A stretch of 64,000 nucleotides of DNA from Toensbergia leucococca. Taxonomy: Eukaryota. Shown here in pieces: positions 50,830-63,015 of this stretch. The stretch lies in assembly GCA_022813965.1 (NCBI GenBank), contig JALDZS010000084.1, forward strand, positions 1-64,000, in the 5' to 3' direction. The position numbers and the translations under genes were made by a program. The notes under the pieces were generated by a model. That model worked only from the letters and a program-made list of their open reading frames with translations. It was not told the origin of the DNA and did not search any database. Numbering within the stretch: the first letter of the stretch is position 1; the number at the start of each line of letters is the position of its first letter.

Positions 50830-53800
50830 GGTGGTTGGGAGGGGAGCGGGGACGTGGGGTGGTAGGGAGTGTACTTGTATAAACGTAATTCTTAGACTCT
50901 AGACAATACCTTCCGTGTGTAAGTAATGAATAGTCTTAAGTAGTATAGAAATACCGAGGATTGAATTCCCTGGCGTGGTCTCACGTAAAACTGTGTGATT
51001 TGTTGAATGCGGGTCTTGTAGACTATCATGTCCAATCCTTCGCTACCAAATCTTTTACTACTTCGTTCTGGGGCTCAGCAATATCAATGGTTGTATTATT
51101 ATTTTTTTTGCGTAACAAGACTCAAAAAGTGACCCCAAAAAAAACTTCCTTCACGTTAGTTAAACCACAAACGCTCAAGAGAAAAAAACTCTCCAAAATG
51201 ATGCAGTCAGTCAGTTCCTTGATGAACAGCTAGGTAGTAGGCTCAGGGCTATTCACCTCTGAAAAACTCAAAGTTTCCTACAGTCCAAATTTTACTCAAT
51301 CTGCCCCTGATTTGGAATTAAAAAAGGGAGAAGAAGAAGGATAATATACGAGTTACCGCCAAAAAAAGTCGTCTTTTCTTGATGACTTTAGGGAAGGGAA
51401 TTGATACCAGGACGCCCCCTTTTGATACTAAGACACCCCCCCCCCCCTAAGATAAAATCCCTACAATTGGTTCAGGATCCCGCTGTTGCTCACCCCTGTG
51501 ACCGTCCTACAGGAGCCCTCAATCAATCTCAGAGTGAGATGAGAGACAACAACAGACATTTGATAGAGGTACACAGAGAGAATTGTCTCATTTTGAGAGG
51601 GCAGAGCAGGCGGTGGCCTTGCGTGAAGGAATAATGAAAGAGGACCCCGGGGTTAGGTGGGGTGGAGGGCGAGGGGGAGGGCGAGGGGGAGGGGGAAGGG
51701 GAGGTGCAGGAGCGAATGTGAATGTGACCGTGCCTGTGGATAACAGAGTATTTCGAGATTTTGGAAGGATCCATTATGCCTGATATGTACTCATCAGTCC
51801 ATTTCGTAAGGACTCTTGAAGCTTGTTGGTCATGGGTATTTGCTGAGATTGAAGATAATAGGAGCAGATCTGGCACTTTATGTTCTTCAGAGTGACTGCC
51901 TTGGAGACTTGGCTTTGAAATGGTACTCGTTCGTACTTGATATCCATCAATGAGCTCACTAAAGACAACAGGATGGCATTCATCTTGTGAAAACTGGCAA
52001 GACCATCGAGGTCTTACTGAACAGATGTTTGTCAATACAAAGAACCAGGACGATTTCATTCAACATCGTCTTCATCGTTCTGAGACATGACTCGACACTC
52101 ATACCTGGGACCTTTTTGAGATGTTCGAGAGAACCTTGAAGCTCACAGTGGGCTCGTCTATCACGCACGAGACAGGTAAGAAATGCGAGACGGTCGGTCC
52201 TAAAACAAAGAATGCTCACCTGGATCCTGACTGCAGTTTGGTACAAGGGCTGAGGCCGCTCAGGCATGGCAACGTCAGAGTTGGACGCGAGCCAAGGATG
52301 AAAGACTCGATGCCAAGTCGTATCGTTCATGCATACAAGCATGGCATTGGCGGATTATATCTGGCTTTCGGGAGTCCATCTGAGCTTGTCTAATCGAGAA
52401 GCTTTGGATGGCAAACATGACGAGAACATAGGGAACGACACATGAGATTATATAGGGAAATGGAGACAACGAGTCACAAACATCGATAACCGTAAGATAC
52501 AGGATGCGGACTCGTAGATGCATCACTAATTTTGATATGCTTCAGGCCTTGGGAATCTCGATTAAATCCCTTGGGAACAGGATGAGGGAAAAAATATAAG
52601 GAAGAGTTTGAGGGAGGTCAGTCAGCTGCTAATGAGCATCTTTCCCATTCTATTCCGAATGACCATTGATTGGACAGACCAGTCACTAGATCATATCCCG
52701 TCAACTCCTTGTAATCGTTCGATGTCAATACTGGCATTGCACATGATGTTCTGCATGAGTAAGTATATGCAGTGTGAGATGTGAAGTCAGTGCCGCTCCG
52801 GATGCTCGCGGTCAGGCCACAACAATCTATTGAAATATTGGTCGAGGTTGATTTCCTTCACACCGTGTTTGCGCTTGCAATACAAAGCCAGCAGTATCAA
52901 CTTCTGGACTGGGATCCACGGACATGAGGCACTTCGTCACCTCCTCACTCGGATCAAGTGCAATCCTTGTCTGGTGTGAACCAATTTCTCTGTGTTACCT
53001 TCCTCACCACGTTAGAGGAGGAAGCGCTAATACTAGACAAGGAGGTGAGAATTGGTCCAGACTGTGCTACAAACAGAAAATCACTCCGACGGACTTCAGA
53101 TGCGAAAGTGACTGTCGGATCAGATGGCCAGCAGAGGCACTGTCAGCGATATCAATTGCGTGTCGTTCAATTAGGAAATAGAGGTTCGCGAGAGATCGAG
53201 AATCCTTCGCCATTCTTATCTCCGAGAGGATTGCAACCCCTGACCTTCAAGGAATGTATCGATATGACGTATTGTAGACATCAAACCTCTATTCAGACAC
53301 TATTTATCATGCTGCGAGGCAACCAATATGATCCTCCATCATTTCTCAGAATAGGAAGTCGCAGCAATCTGTCTAAGCATGTATTGCGGATCTATCTTTC
53401 GCCAGTCAGATACTGTTGTTGCTTCCAGGTGCGTCTGATGTCGGGCATCAATATCTCAATTCAACGCACGAGTTACGAAGCGAATGAAGTTGTTGAAGCT
53501 GTTGTCTCAAAGCCTGGGGAATAGAATGTCTTTCAGGAATTCGGGATGAAGTTGTTGCATGAGTGTGGCACTTTTGTGACCTCAGCACCCCCATGAGCTG
53601 AGTTGGATCTCTGATAGGTCCAGAAAGATGCCGTGAGAGAATGGTTTAATTGATCCCATTTGGAATGTATTCACCACCACCAAGCTAGCAACTGCAACAT
53701 TGCTGATCGAGATACGTTAGTTATCAGTCACACAACGTCCGTAGCGACCTCGGTGGCCTGCTACTAGCCATAGTTAACGTATCTCGAACGTGTCGTGGCC

Positions 53801-53839
53801 GTGAAGAACTAGCGATCTCGTATCCGTAGTCCAATTTAC

Positions 53840-53845
53840 TATAAA
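53840..53845 (+). promoter_or_regulatory. TATA box of the secreted peptide precursor gene
   Basis: TATAAA ~147 nt upstream of ATG 53987, followed by a pyrimidine-rich leader. Confidence 0.45.
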
Positions 53846-53986
53846 TGCAGGTTTCCCTCCTTGCAATGGTGAACATCCGCTTTTGTTTTACTCTGCCTCG
53901 AAATTAAAACCCGTCACCAGCATTTTTATCATCTTTCAGTGCCGCAGTATCGTGTCAACAAAGCTACCGTGCTTCCAAAGTTCATA

Positions 53987-54263
53987 ATGCAACTCCATCT
54001 GGTGACTCTTTTAACGGCGCTGCTGGCACTCGCTGCTGCAGCCCCCATGAATGGTTGGTCACAATCACAATCTAACGTCGAAGAATCTTACTGACTCAGA
54101 AGCAGAGGAGCGAACAGTGGGACCACCACTTTGTCCACCAGGGGACCCTGGGTGTGCTGGAATAGAGAAGAGAATTGTGAGCCCACCAAGTGTCCTAGAG
54201 GAGAGAATTAGGTCCCCACCGTTCTGTGGACCAGGGATCAAGTGTCCAAGTGTAGTGGATTAG
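53987..54263 (+). CDS. Small secreted repeat-peptide precursor (KEP-like); repeats continue past the stop in an ORF ending at 54518
   Basis: Signal peptide MQLHLVTLLTALLALAAAAP; intron 54054-54099 or 54105; repeats EER-TVGPPLCPPGDPGCAGI-EKR-IVSPPSVL-EER-IRSPPFCGPGIKCPSVVD*. Confidence 0.75.
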
Positions 54264-55322
54264 AGAATAGAGGAGAGAGCGGTGGGCCCCTTCGCCGACT
54301 TCGAGGAGAGAACAGTGGGTCCACCACTTTCCGTAAAGGGGGAAAAATGGAGTGCAAAGCGAAGCGAATCGAGGGATGTTTGGGCGAGTTCAGATTTATT
54401 CGAATTTTCAAAGACGGAGCAATGGAGCAATGGCGACTCTCGGATTCGGCTGGCCTGGGATGTATGCACTCTTTGGCGAGACATATCAAAAAAAGCAGAC
54501 AGAAAATCAAGTGTATGACGAGGCACGCACTGTGCTCTCGAATACAATCATAGTGAAGTGAGGAAATGTCGTCAAATTACTTCTTGCAATTGCAACCCAA
54601 AATAACTCTAGCTTATCGTGAGGAATTGAGACTGAGAGACTCTAGTCTGCCATTCAAATTCACAACTTTGTACAGACCCTTATCCACGGCTCGGCAGTGT
54701 ATCCCGCGGCTCAGTATCGACACCACACAAAACGGCGGTGGCTTAGGGGAATACTCAGCACTCCTTAATACGAGTGTCTTACTCTATTCTAACTCTCCCC
54801 AATTTCAAAATATGTACAGTAACGACTTTTACTCCAGACTCTCGGGTAGTATGTAAGATCTCACAACTCCTTTTGAGCAGAAGTGGAGCGTTGGCGACAG
54901 TCTCAAATAGGCAAGCAGTCTACAGATAGGCACATCTGGGACTGTACACACTGCCGCCGATTGTTCGGTAAGATCATTCCGTTGTTTGGAATCCTCCGAT
55001 ACACTGCATAGATCCTCGGATGATATTATCGGGATGACGACCCAATGAAGCTATTCCAAAAGTGTGATAATGCGTCAAATCGTCTGAGATAAGGTCTACG
55101 ACTCAACAGACGTGAGACCTGGGACCTACATCCATTTCGGGGGTACGGATAGGGGCGACGAGGTTTAGAGGCAGTGGCCCTGGGAATTTCTCAAAATGAT
55201 AGTGTATGAAGCTTCGGAGCCCCTTGATGAAGTCGTGGCCGTGGAGCACAATCTCAGAGTATTCCTTTTCATGGACGAACGAGTTGATCAGAGAACCTAC
55301 CGCGAAGTCCAGCGCTTCATTT

Positions 55323-56190
55323 CTAGAAAATCAATGGAAAAAGCACAATTGGCACCCTCTCCTTGATCTCGGTTCACGCAACCCCGTACTAGCCCCTCAA
55401 AATCAGCATTCCGTTTCTCCCCCGTACAGCTCTACACGGGGCGTGGGGGACTCGCTTTATCCTGACAGTGCTCCTCCAAAACCGGCACTGTCCTCTTTGA
55501 AAAATCAAAGAACAGCCACGAAGCCAGGCCGAGAGCCCACACTGGGCCCCCAAACGCCAACGCATATGCACTACGCCAGAGTGTATGTCCACCATAATTG
55601 ATGTGACGGGCCAAGCCAAACAGGCCACCACTATATGGTATGCCCTTGTTGGCAAGATCGCTCTTGAAGCTGCGGCGTTGGATCTCGGAGATGCTTTCGG
55701 TGAAGATGCCGGTAAGGTAGAGGAGGGCGCTTGTTATGACGATGGGGGTTTGCAGGAGGGAGGAAGCATTTGTATCTGTGGATGGTATGGGGGCTGTGCG
55801 GGACCAGAGGGAGAAGGATGAATTTATACTGTTGACAATGGTGGAGGAGAGAGAGATTGTGGCCGCAGAGCTGAGGGGCATTATTTCGTAGGACGTAAAT
55901 AGAACCCAAATGATTTGTTTTGGGGCACTGCCAACGGACATGCTGAGGATGAGTAATTGGTATAGTGTGAGGCCGAGAACGATGGTATTGGTGGGAGGCT
56001 TGGTCGCCGAAGAAGGGGTCATTGTTCCGCCGAAGAGACAGGGGAGTATCGAGACGGGGAGGTTGCGGGTTAGGATGGCGTATTGGAGGAGTGGGTCGAG
56101 GAGGCGGAGACCGATGAAGGCGGTTGTGCCTGGTGGTGAGGAGCCTTGACGACGGGTGACATAGTCGATGGGTTCTGAGTCTTTTGCCAT
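55323..56190 (-). pseudogene. DUF1295 / steroid-5-alpha-reductase-like membrane protein with a premature TGA in the last exon
   Basis: SEIQRRSFK...GGLFGLARHINYGG.TLWR. Intron 55389-55455 with a GC donor. Last exon reads YGVA*TEIKERVPIVLFPLIF. Confidence 0.7.
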
Positions 56191-56352
56191 CGTAGGAGAA
56201 AATTGAAGTTTGGAGGGGATGACTGGGTAGATTAGCTAATTTCTATTCATTGTAGCTAAAGGATGCTTGGTTCCCCGTCAATCATAGATAATAGTTCATA
56301 GTACTCTGGTAGGGATGTGATACGGATAGACAGACCAGCAGTGCCAGTAGCA

Positions 56353-56679
56353 ATGAGTCCAGATTCACGGTTTAAATTTGTTGTTGCTGATTGGCTGATT
56401 TCGAAATATTGTAGGTCATGTAGGCCTTCAATAGAAAAGCTGCTCCGACGCGTCCAACCTCTGGACAAAGCTGGACGTCCGAAGAAAGCTTGGCATATCT
56501 GCGTCGACTGCTTGCGATTTCGACCGACGAAGAAGAGCTACTAGAAGAAGAAGCGAGCGCCCGAGTTGACTACAGCACATTGGGATCGTGTAGTTTCACA
56601 TTGGAATGATAAACACTGGCTCCAGTGTCCAGAGTGCTGGTATGATGACAGACGGTGGCCCTATAACGGTGTCAACTAG
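56353..56679 (+). pseudogene. Cys-rich protein fragment resembling the C-terminus of small fungal F-box-type proteins, with in-frame TAG
   Basis: AWHICVDCLRFRPTKKSY*KKKR...WDRVVSHW...LQCPECW; the two CxxC pairs are separated by the stop. Confidence 0.5.
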
Positions 56680-57979
56680 CCGCCTCCGCCTCGTCCAAAT
56701 ACCTACTCGGGTCCATGACGTATCTATCTCCGTTTCGAAACCCCCAGTTTAGAGCCTTTGAGCTCGACAACCCTCCGCATGTCGAATTGAAGATTACAGA
56801 ACGATACGTTGAAGACTGCATTGTGGCGTTGGCGGTTCATGGCTATAACCATGGACTGTTGTCACCCTGGTTATTTATGCTGGGTCTGAAAAAAAGGCGT
56901 TCCGACTTCTTGTCCTGGCACTGATGTCAGCTTCGAGAGTAGGATTGAGCAATGTTGGCGAAAACTAATCCTAGGATCATGTTACGAGTTTCTTATGACG
57001 GCGATGGCCAAGGTGCTTCTCTTAATAGCCAATGTCAGAGAGTTATCCTTCGTGAAGATTCCGGCTACTGCGTAAAAGCGAAGAAATCGGCTTGATTGAC
57101 CCACGATAAGTTCTAGGCGCATCCCGGTGACGTCTCTGACTTACGATGTCCTTGCACTTGTAATGCTGTCGTGCTCTTACTTTGGAGGCCGGGAGCTCGG
57201 GGTCACGTGAAGAATTCGAATGGTAAATGTGACTATCTTCTTTTCCATCTCAGATTCTGGTCTACAACCTTGTGCCGTTTTTGTTGTACTGAGCCCTTGC
57301 ACAATTCCTTGATCTTTCACCGTCGTGTTTTTCATTCGTTGTATTTGGCTTTCTCGTAACCAATAGGTAGGCCTTTAGAGAGTAGAGCAGGCTATTGGAG
57401 GGTTGGGCAGTGACTTTCATTATACCATTTACGTATTCTGACCTCGGTGTTTGTTCTTTGCTTCGATAGCGCTCTGTGGAACACATGTCCCTCGTCTTAT
57501 CCACGCCGGCGTTTGCATTTGTGCTACTCGCCATGGTCCGCAATGGTGATCAGTCTGCGTGTGGCTGCGAAATGTCATCCTCTCGAACTCGGCATCAAGT
57601 TGCGCCCTGATTCTTTGGTTCACCCTCTCCTTTTCAGGCTCAATTGATTTTTCTTAGTGACTTTATACCCAAACCTGCACCTAATCGGCACGTTTTTGGG
57701 GGGACGTGTGAGCATGGAGCCTAAAACCAATGAAGTACCACATACAGACTACTTTCATTTTCTACTCGTACTTCAATCTCCAATTCGATGCACAATCGTG
57801 TGCAAAGCATGGGTTTCTCTGGCTAAGTAGCCTCGCAAGTCATTAGACTTGTTGCATGTGTCGTCATTGTACCAGCATTCTGCTGGGACGTCATCGTCAT
57901 GTATGTTCAACTTTGATTAGTATTTGTATTGCTACCTATATGTGGTGAGAATTCTTAGCAAGTTGTATGATCACTTGTC

Positions 57980-58969
57980 ATGGCTCGTCTCTTTTTCCTA
58001 GACATGGGCTTCAGCTCAGACAACACAGGAGATAATCACCACGGCCGTATTGTCAGCTGCAACACCGAAGGATCCGATCAAAAGACTATCCTATCCCGTC
58101 TAGGTATCGGCCCCGATGGCATCGCCATCGATTCCGAGCACGGGCATATTTACTGGACGAACATGGGCAAGCCAATGGAAAATTCCGGCTCTATTTGGCG
58201 CGTAGATCTAGACGGCAATAACCCTACTATAATCATCCAAGAGGGGAAAACTTTTACGCCAAAGCAATGTAACATTGAAGCTAGAAGCAGGAAGCTGTAC
58301 TGGTGCGATCGGGAGGGAATGCGAGTCATGCGTGCGAATTTGGACGGTTCGGGGGTGGAGACTTTGATCCAGACGGGTGCGGGTGATGTTGAGAGGGAAG
58401 ATCATCAAAGGCACTGTGTGGGTATTGCTGTAGATGAAGGTCGAGGGAAAATGTACTGGACGCAGAAGGGTGCTTCAAAAGGGAATGAAGGCCGTATCTT
58501 TCGTGCCAATCTTGAGATCCCCAACAATGAGACTGCGGATAGGAGGTCTGATATAGAGTGTTTGCTGGAGAATCTGCCAGAACCAATCGATCTGGATCTG
58601 GACGTGGCCGAGCAGGTCCTTTACGTGAGTCATGCCATGAGCTGGAAAAAAAAGGAGTCATCCGCTCCAATAAATATTTCAGAGCTGATCCGAGACAAAC
58701 GACAGTGTACCGACCGCGGCGATCCTCCAAAAGGAAACTCCGTCTACAGCATCGCGGTCGGCAAAGACATCACGACATCCAGGCAGAATATCCTAGTGAA
58801 GAAATTACATGAAGCCATCGGGCTATCCCTCCATCTGACAGAACGAAAAATGTACATTGGCGACTTGGGAGGATCGATATATTCGGCTAATCTGGACGGG
58901 TCGGATGAGAAGGTTCTTGTGTCCGATGCTGGCGATTTGACTGGTGTTGCTTTAGTGGAGGGGGTTTAG
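57980..58969 (+). CDS. YWTD (LDL-receptor class B) beta-propeller protein
   Basis: PDGIAID...IYWTNMG, LYWCDREGMRVMRANLDGS, MYWTQKG, LPEPIDL; probable 81-nt in-frame intron 58625-58705. Confidence 0.9.
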   Translation: MARLFFLDMGFSSDNTGDNHHGRIVSCNTEGSDQKTILSRLGIGPDGIAIDSEHGHIYWTNMGKPMENSGSIWRVDLDGNNPTIIIQEGKTFTPKQCNIEARSRKLYWCDREGMRVMRANLDGSGVETLIQTGAGDVEREDHQRHCVGIAVDEGRGKMYWTQKGASKGNEGRIFRANLEIPNNETADRRSDIECLLENLPEPIDLDLDVAEQVLYVSHAMSWKKKESSAPINISELIRDKRQCTDRGDPPKGNSVYSIAVGKDITTSRQNILVKKLHEAIGLSLHLTERKMYIGDLGGSIYSANLDGSDEKVLVSDAGDLTGVALVEGV

Positions 58970-59462
58970 CTTCGGGGGGACACTATGAATCTGGGAGTGG
59001 TTGGAACGGATTTGGTCGTATGCTTGGGTTCTTCCCTCAAAGGATCCACCATCCAATCAAAAGCCTCCCTCCTCACAACCCTCCCACCCATCACGAGCAA
59101 ATCTAGCTCACAGAGACGCAGATACCGTAGCGCCGCTCCGAAAAAGAGTCACTCAATCTCTCAAAATCTCATTGTATTGTCGGGGTAGCTGAAAGAAACA
59201 AGGCGTGGGTATCTATCCTCGAAATCGAATCAATTGCATGAATGAGCACAGAAACAACGCTTGCGAAAGAAGGGAGGTGTGCTCGCTATATACGCTTTTT
59301 GCAAAAAAAGCAGCCCGCCATCTACCCAAACACAAAAGTTGGGCGGACAAAAAAAAGAGAGATATCCGGAAAATCGTGAATGACATTGCCGCCGTCGCAC
59401 CCTTTTGCAATTCGCCGACATTGCCGTAAATATAGAACGTACCAAAGCTCCGGGCGCAGGAC

Positions 59463-60460
59463 TCACAGCGCGAAAATCGCAAAGAGCAGAAAGCCCAACC
59501 CTGCGATTCCAGCCACGGGTGCAGCATCCATTGGCGCTCCCACATTCGCCGCCTTTGTACTCGCTGTCGAAGCCGCGGCAACCTTGGTAGTAATAACACT
59601 CGTCTTCGCGGCAACGGTAGTTCCGGGAACCGTAGTCGCCGCCTCAGTGATTTCCGACACCACGGTACTACCACTGCTGACGACACTGGTACTGATAGTC
59701 TGCGCGGGGACGGTGGTGGGCTGGACTGTGGTCCCGGGGATGGTGGTTGTGAACGTGGCGATTTCACCAAGAGCGCTAAGGGGGATGGCACTGCCAACGC
59801 CGGCGCTGGTGTAGACGGTTGGGAGAGTGAGGGTTGCCGTATTTGGTTTTGAGGGGGAGGAGTCAGAGCCATAGATGTTGCCTGCGGTGCCGTTTGCGAG
59901 GGTGTAGTCGCCTGAGAGGAGGTTGGCAGTTGAGTCATTGGAGGTATAGCTGCCGGCCACAATGTTACCGGAGGAGCCATCTGGAAGGAAGTAATTGGTG
60001 GTGTAATTGTCCTAGCGGGTTGATGGTTAGGGAGGTGAGGGCTTTGGTGGGGAATGCAGGAGAGCTTACGTAGCAGAATGGTAGGTTTAGGTTGTCGAGG
60101 AGAAGGCATTGCGTCCCGTCTGCACCTGATGCGGTTGTCAGCTAGGCGCTTTGCATAGACGACGGAGCAGGGCTTACAGCAGACGTCGGCTGAAGACGAT
60201 CTTATGTCCAAAACATCCAAACCATGCCGAGCATCTCGTTTGCGCGTCTTGGCTGGATTAATCGAGTCCAACAGATCAACGTACATTGACGACAAGGCGG
60301 GGCCAACGGGTGGGGCGACTGTCGTGGTCGCGCCTGAGGGACTGCATTTGCTGTAGTTGTCGCTGCAACTTTGTCGAGGGACCAGCCGTGATGGGCTATC
60401 GGCGCTTGCAAAGGCTAGAGAAAGAAAGAGAAAGAAAGTGGTTGTGATGGCCGACGGCAT
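59463..60460 (-). CDS. Secreted Ser/Thr-rich, probably GPI-anchored cell-surface protein
   Basis: Signal peptide, Cys-containing N-domain (CC.DGTQCLLL...PFCYDNYTTNYFLPDGS across two introns), Thr-rich stalk, hydrophobic C-terminus. Confidence 0.85.
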
Positions 60461-61186
60461 GGTTGGCGATGTAAGAGAAGGAAAGTTGGGACGGAAGGTG
60501 GGCTTCGTGTGCCAATGTCAAGTGGATGCAAGAAATGAGAGACTGTAATGTACACAATTGCAGCTGATAAGAAAGAAAGTGTGGAATTACCCCGGTGTTT
60601 GTGGAGGACCTGGTGTTGAGCCCCTTGTCAGGGGGAGGGGGGATAACTAGTCTACGAGTAGAATAGCTCGCAGCTTGTGTGCGGGAGACCAGGGGTAATC
60701 AATGCCCTTGTCTTCGCGTCTGCACGATATATTCGGTTACCCCTCCCCTCTCCTTTCATCCAATTATCCTCATACAAGACTGTTCCATGCTTCTTATCTC
60801 ATCAAGACGGCCAATACGAGAGCAGCTTGAAAAAGCTTAACATGTTGTATCAGGCCGAGCTGAGTCACATGATCTGTGGCTAAGTCTGTTGGGGACAAGG
60901 GCTTCCTGCACACCGCTGACAGCTAACACCAGAGTTCGCAACATGAGCAAGGGACTGCCTTGGGGAAACACTTGGCTGGATTTTGACTCATCCGTCCATT
61001 ATACCATCTTTGCTTGAAAACTTAACTTCCAGGCCTACTATTGAGCTTTTGAAGTCTCGCTACCCAAGACTTGAATTGTAGGATTCTGATCTTTGCGCCT
61101 GATCTGTTTTCGCGTCGAGTTCCGGCTGGATTTCTCAAGTCACACCAAAGTCTTTCTACCCATTGGAAGCAATTCTTGTATGTGGC

Positions 61187-62354
61187 TCACCTGTGATCAT
61201 CTTTCCTGTTGTCCTCGTCCGTCATTCGTACTGCCCTAGAATGATATGGTGGTACGATCCAATAGACCATACCCATCACCGCCGCTCCAACTGCCGGAGC
61301 AAACCACCAGATCCATTGATCTGCCGTCTCATTTGTTAGTAACTCTCTCATTGACGCCAGTACAGAACCAATGGCACACCATGGAAGTTCCTTCTAGCTA
61401 CTGCAAAGGCAAAGCACCTTGCGGGATTCATGTTGGCTCCTGTATCATTTGGATAGAGACCTGCTCCAGCGAAGCTCATGATCCCTAATGTACAGCCGAC
61501 CAAGAGTGGTCCCAAGAGTGGTCCGAAGAGCTCTGCTTGACGAGGGTCTAGGCCAACTCCAAAGGCGATGAAACTGTGGATATCAGCTCCCAGGTTACAA
61601 ATTGTTACAAAGAACAGACTTTCAACCTACACAAGAACAAAGGACGACATGGCTTCGATGAGAAACGCTTGACCTGTGGAAACAAGGTCGGCATCTCGAA
61701 AGCAGCCACCTCCATGATATCTGTAACCAGGAAATCAGAATTCCTACTCAATAACTAAGGCTAAAACATTGACTCTACTTCTCGGTCATAGCGCGGCCGA
61801 AGCTACCTCGAATTAAGCCCCCAGCAACCGCGGCTCCAGACATCTGGCCTATCATGTAGAGAATGGCTCTCGGGAACTCAATCAGTCCTGCCAGCATGGT
61901 CGTGAATGTGATCAATGGATTAACGTGGCCTCCAGACGACGGGGCGGTAGCATAGATGAAGAGCGAGAGCAGGAAAATATTGGAAATGCCAACGAAGGCT
62001 GCAAGCTGGCGAGTCTGAAAGTTGGCGATGGTTGTATCAATGAGCGCGGAAGTATAGCAGAGACTCATAGTGGCTATGAATTCGATGAACTGATAGGCTT
62101 GTTACTCGTGTCTTGTCTTTTGTTTATGGAACGTAAGTACAAACGGCAGATCTCCAAATAGTCAGTTTATTCCAGTCGTCGGCCAGATAGTGGAAAACAA
62201 GACTTCGGATGCCAAGCTCTTTGACAGCCCGCACAGTATCTGATCTCTGAATTGCAGCAAAGGAGCCTCGGAATTGGGCGGGCGGCGCTGGCGTCAGCTG
62301 GGTTGTGAAGGACCGGGGTAGGGGCTCCATTGGAAGCTCGGTGGACAGGGACAT
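61187..62354 (-). CDS. Aquaporin / major intrinsic protein, XIP-like (5 exons)
   Basis: SGGHVNPL (first NPA variant), loop-C HGGGC, GVGLDPRQ, second motif MNPARCFA, QWIWWFAP. Confidence 0.88.
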
Positions 62355-63015
62355 TACGAATCAATAAGTATAGAGAAGGATTAGGATAGCAAGACGAAGT
62401 CATAGGGACGGTTGGATCTGAAGAGCAATAGTACAAGTATATACATGTTGACGGAAGATGGCCCTGACTAAGGGACTTGGGTGGAGTCAGTCCGCACCTT
62501 GGCCAGTAGTGCCTTACGCAGCCAGAAGTTAGAGACTCAGAGGACTGCCGTCAAGTTCCGCGAGCAATTAGAATTAGTGCAAGCCATCACGGACAGGCTC
62601 GGGGTTTAAATGCGGGCCCGAGGTCGCAGGCTCGGCTTCCGAACTCTCCTCATCCCTAAACACCTAAACATCTTTGTAACCGTTTGAAATGCTTAAGGTA
62701 TCTAGCACCATTTCAGCTTACCATCTCGGCTCTGCCAATCTGAACCATTCAATTAGACTGATCTTGATTTCCTGCTTATTGATAGCTGACTTGGACGTCA
62801 AAGCTGACCGACCATCAATAAATCGCTGCACTAGCCTTTGAAGACATCCTTGGGGAGGTTCATGAACATATAATGACCTTCTACATCCCATGACTCTCAA
62901 CGTCTCCACCAATTAATTGTCAGTCTAACCTCACAATACCCCAAATCCGCCAAGAAAACAAAGAAAAATACCCAAGATCATATACAGATCTTCATTAATC
63001 CTCCAACCAAAGACC

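Noticed and set aside
51400..53530. Short overlapping ORFs and a G-rich (SP)n-coding tract at ~51660-51705
   Set aside because: Probably gene relics and low-complexity DNA; no consistent gene model.
54870..55100. RFDALSHFW on the minus strand, reminiscent of a HET-domain motif
   Set aside because: Single short motif; the flanking frame has stops and lacks other HET motifs.
56256..56468. Minus-strand SLPEYYELLSMI as an inverted F-box
   Set aside because: Spacing does not fit LPxEL; likely coincidence.
59213..60460. 415-aa continuous ORF
   Set aside because: Artefact of reading through two introns of the GPI-protein gene into the wrong frame.
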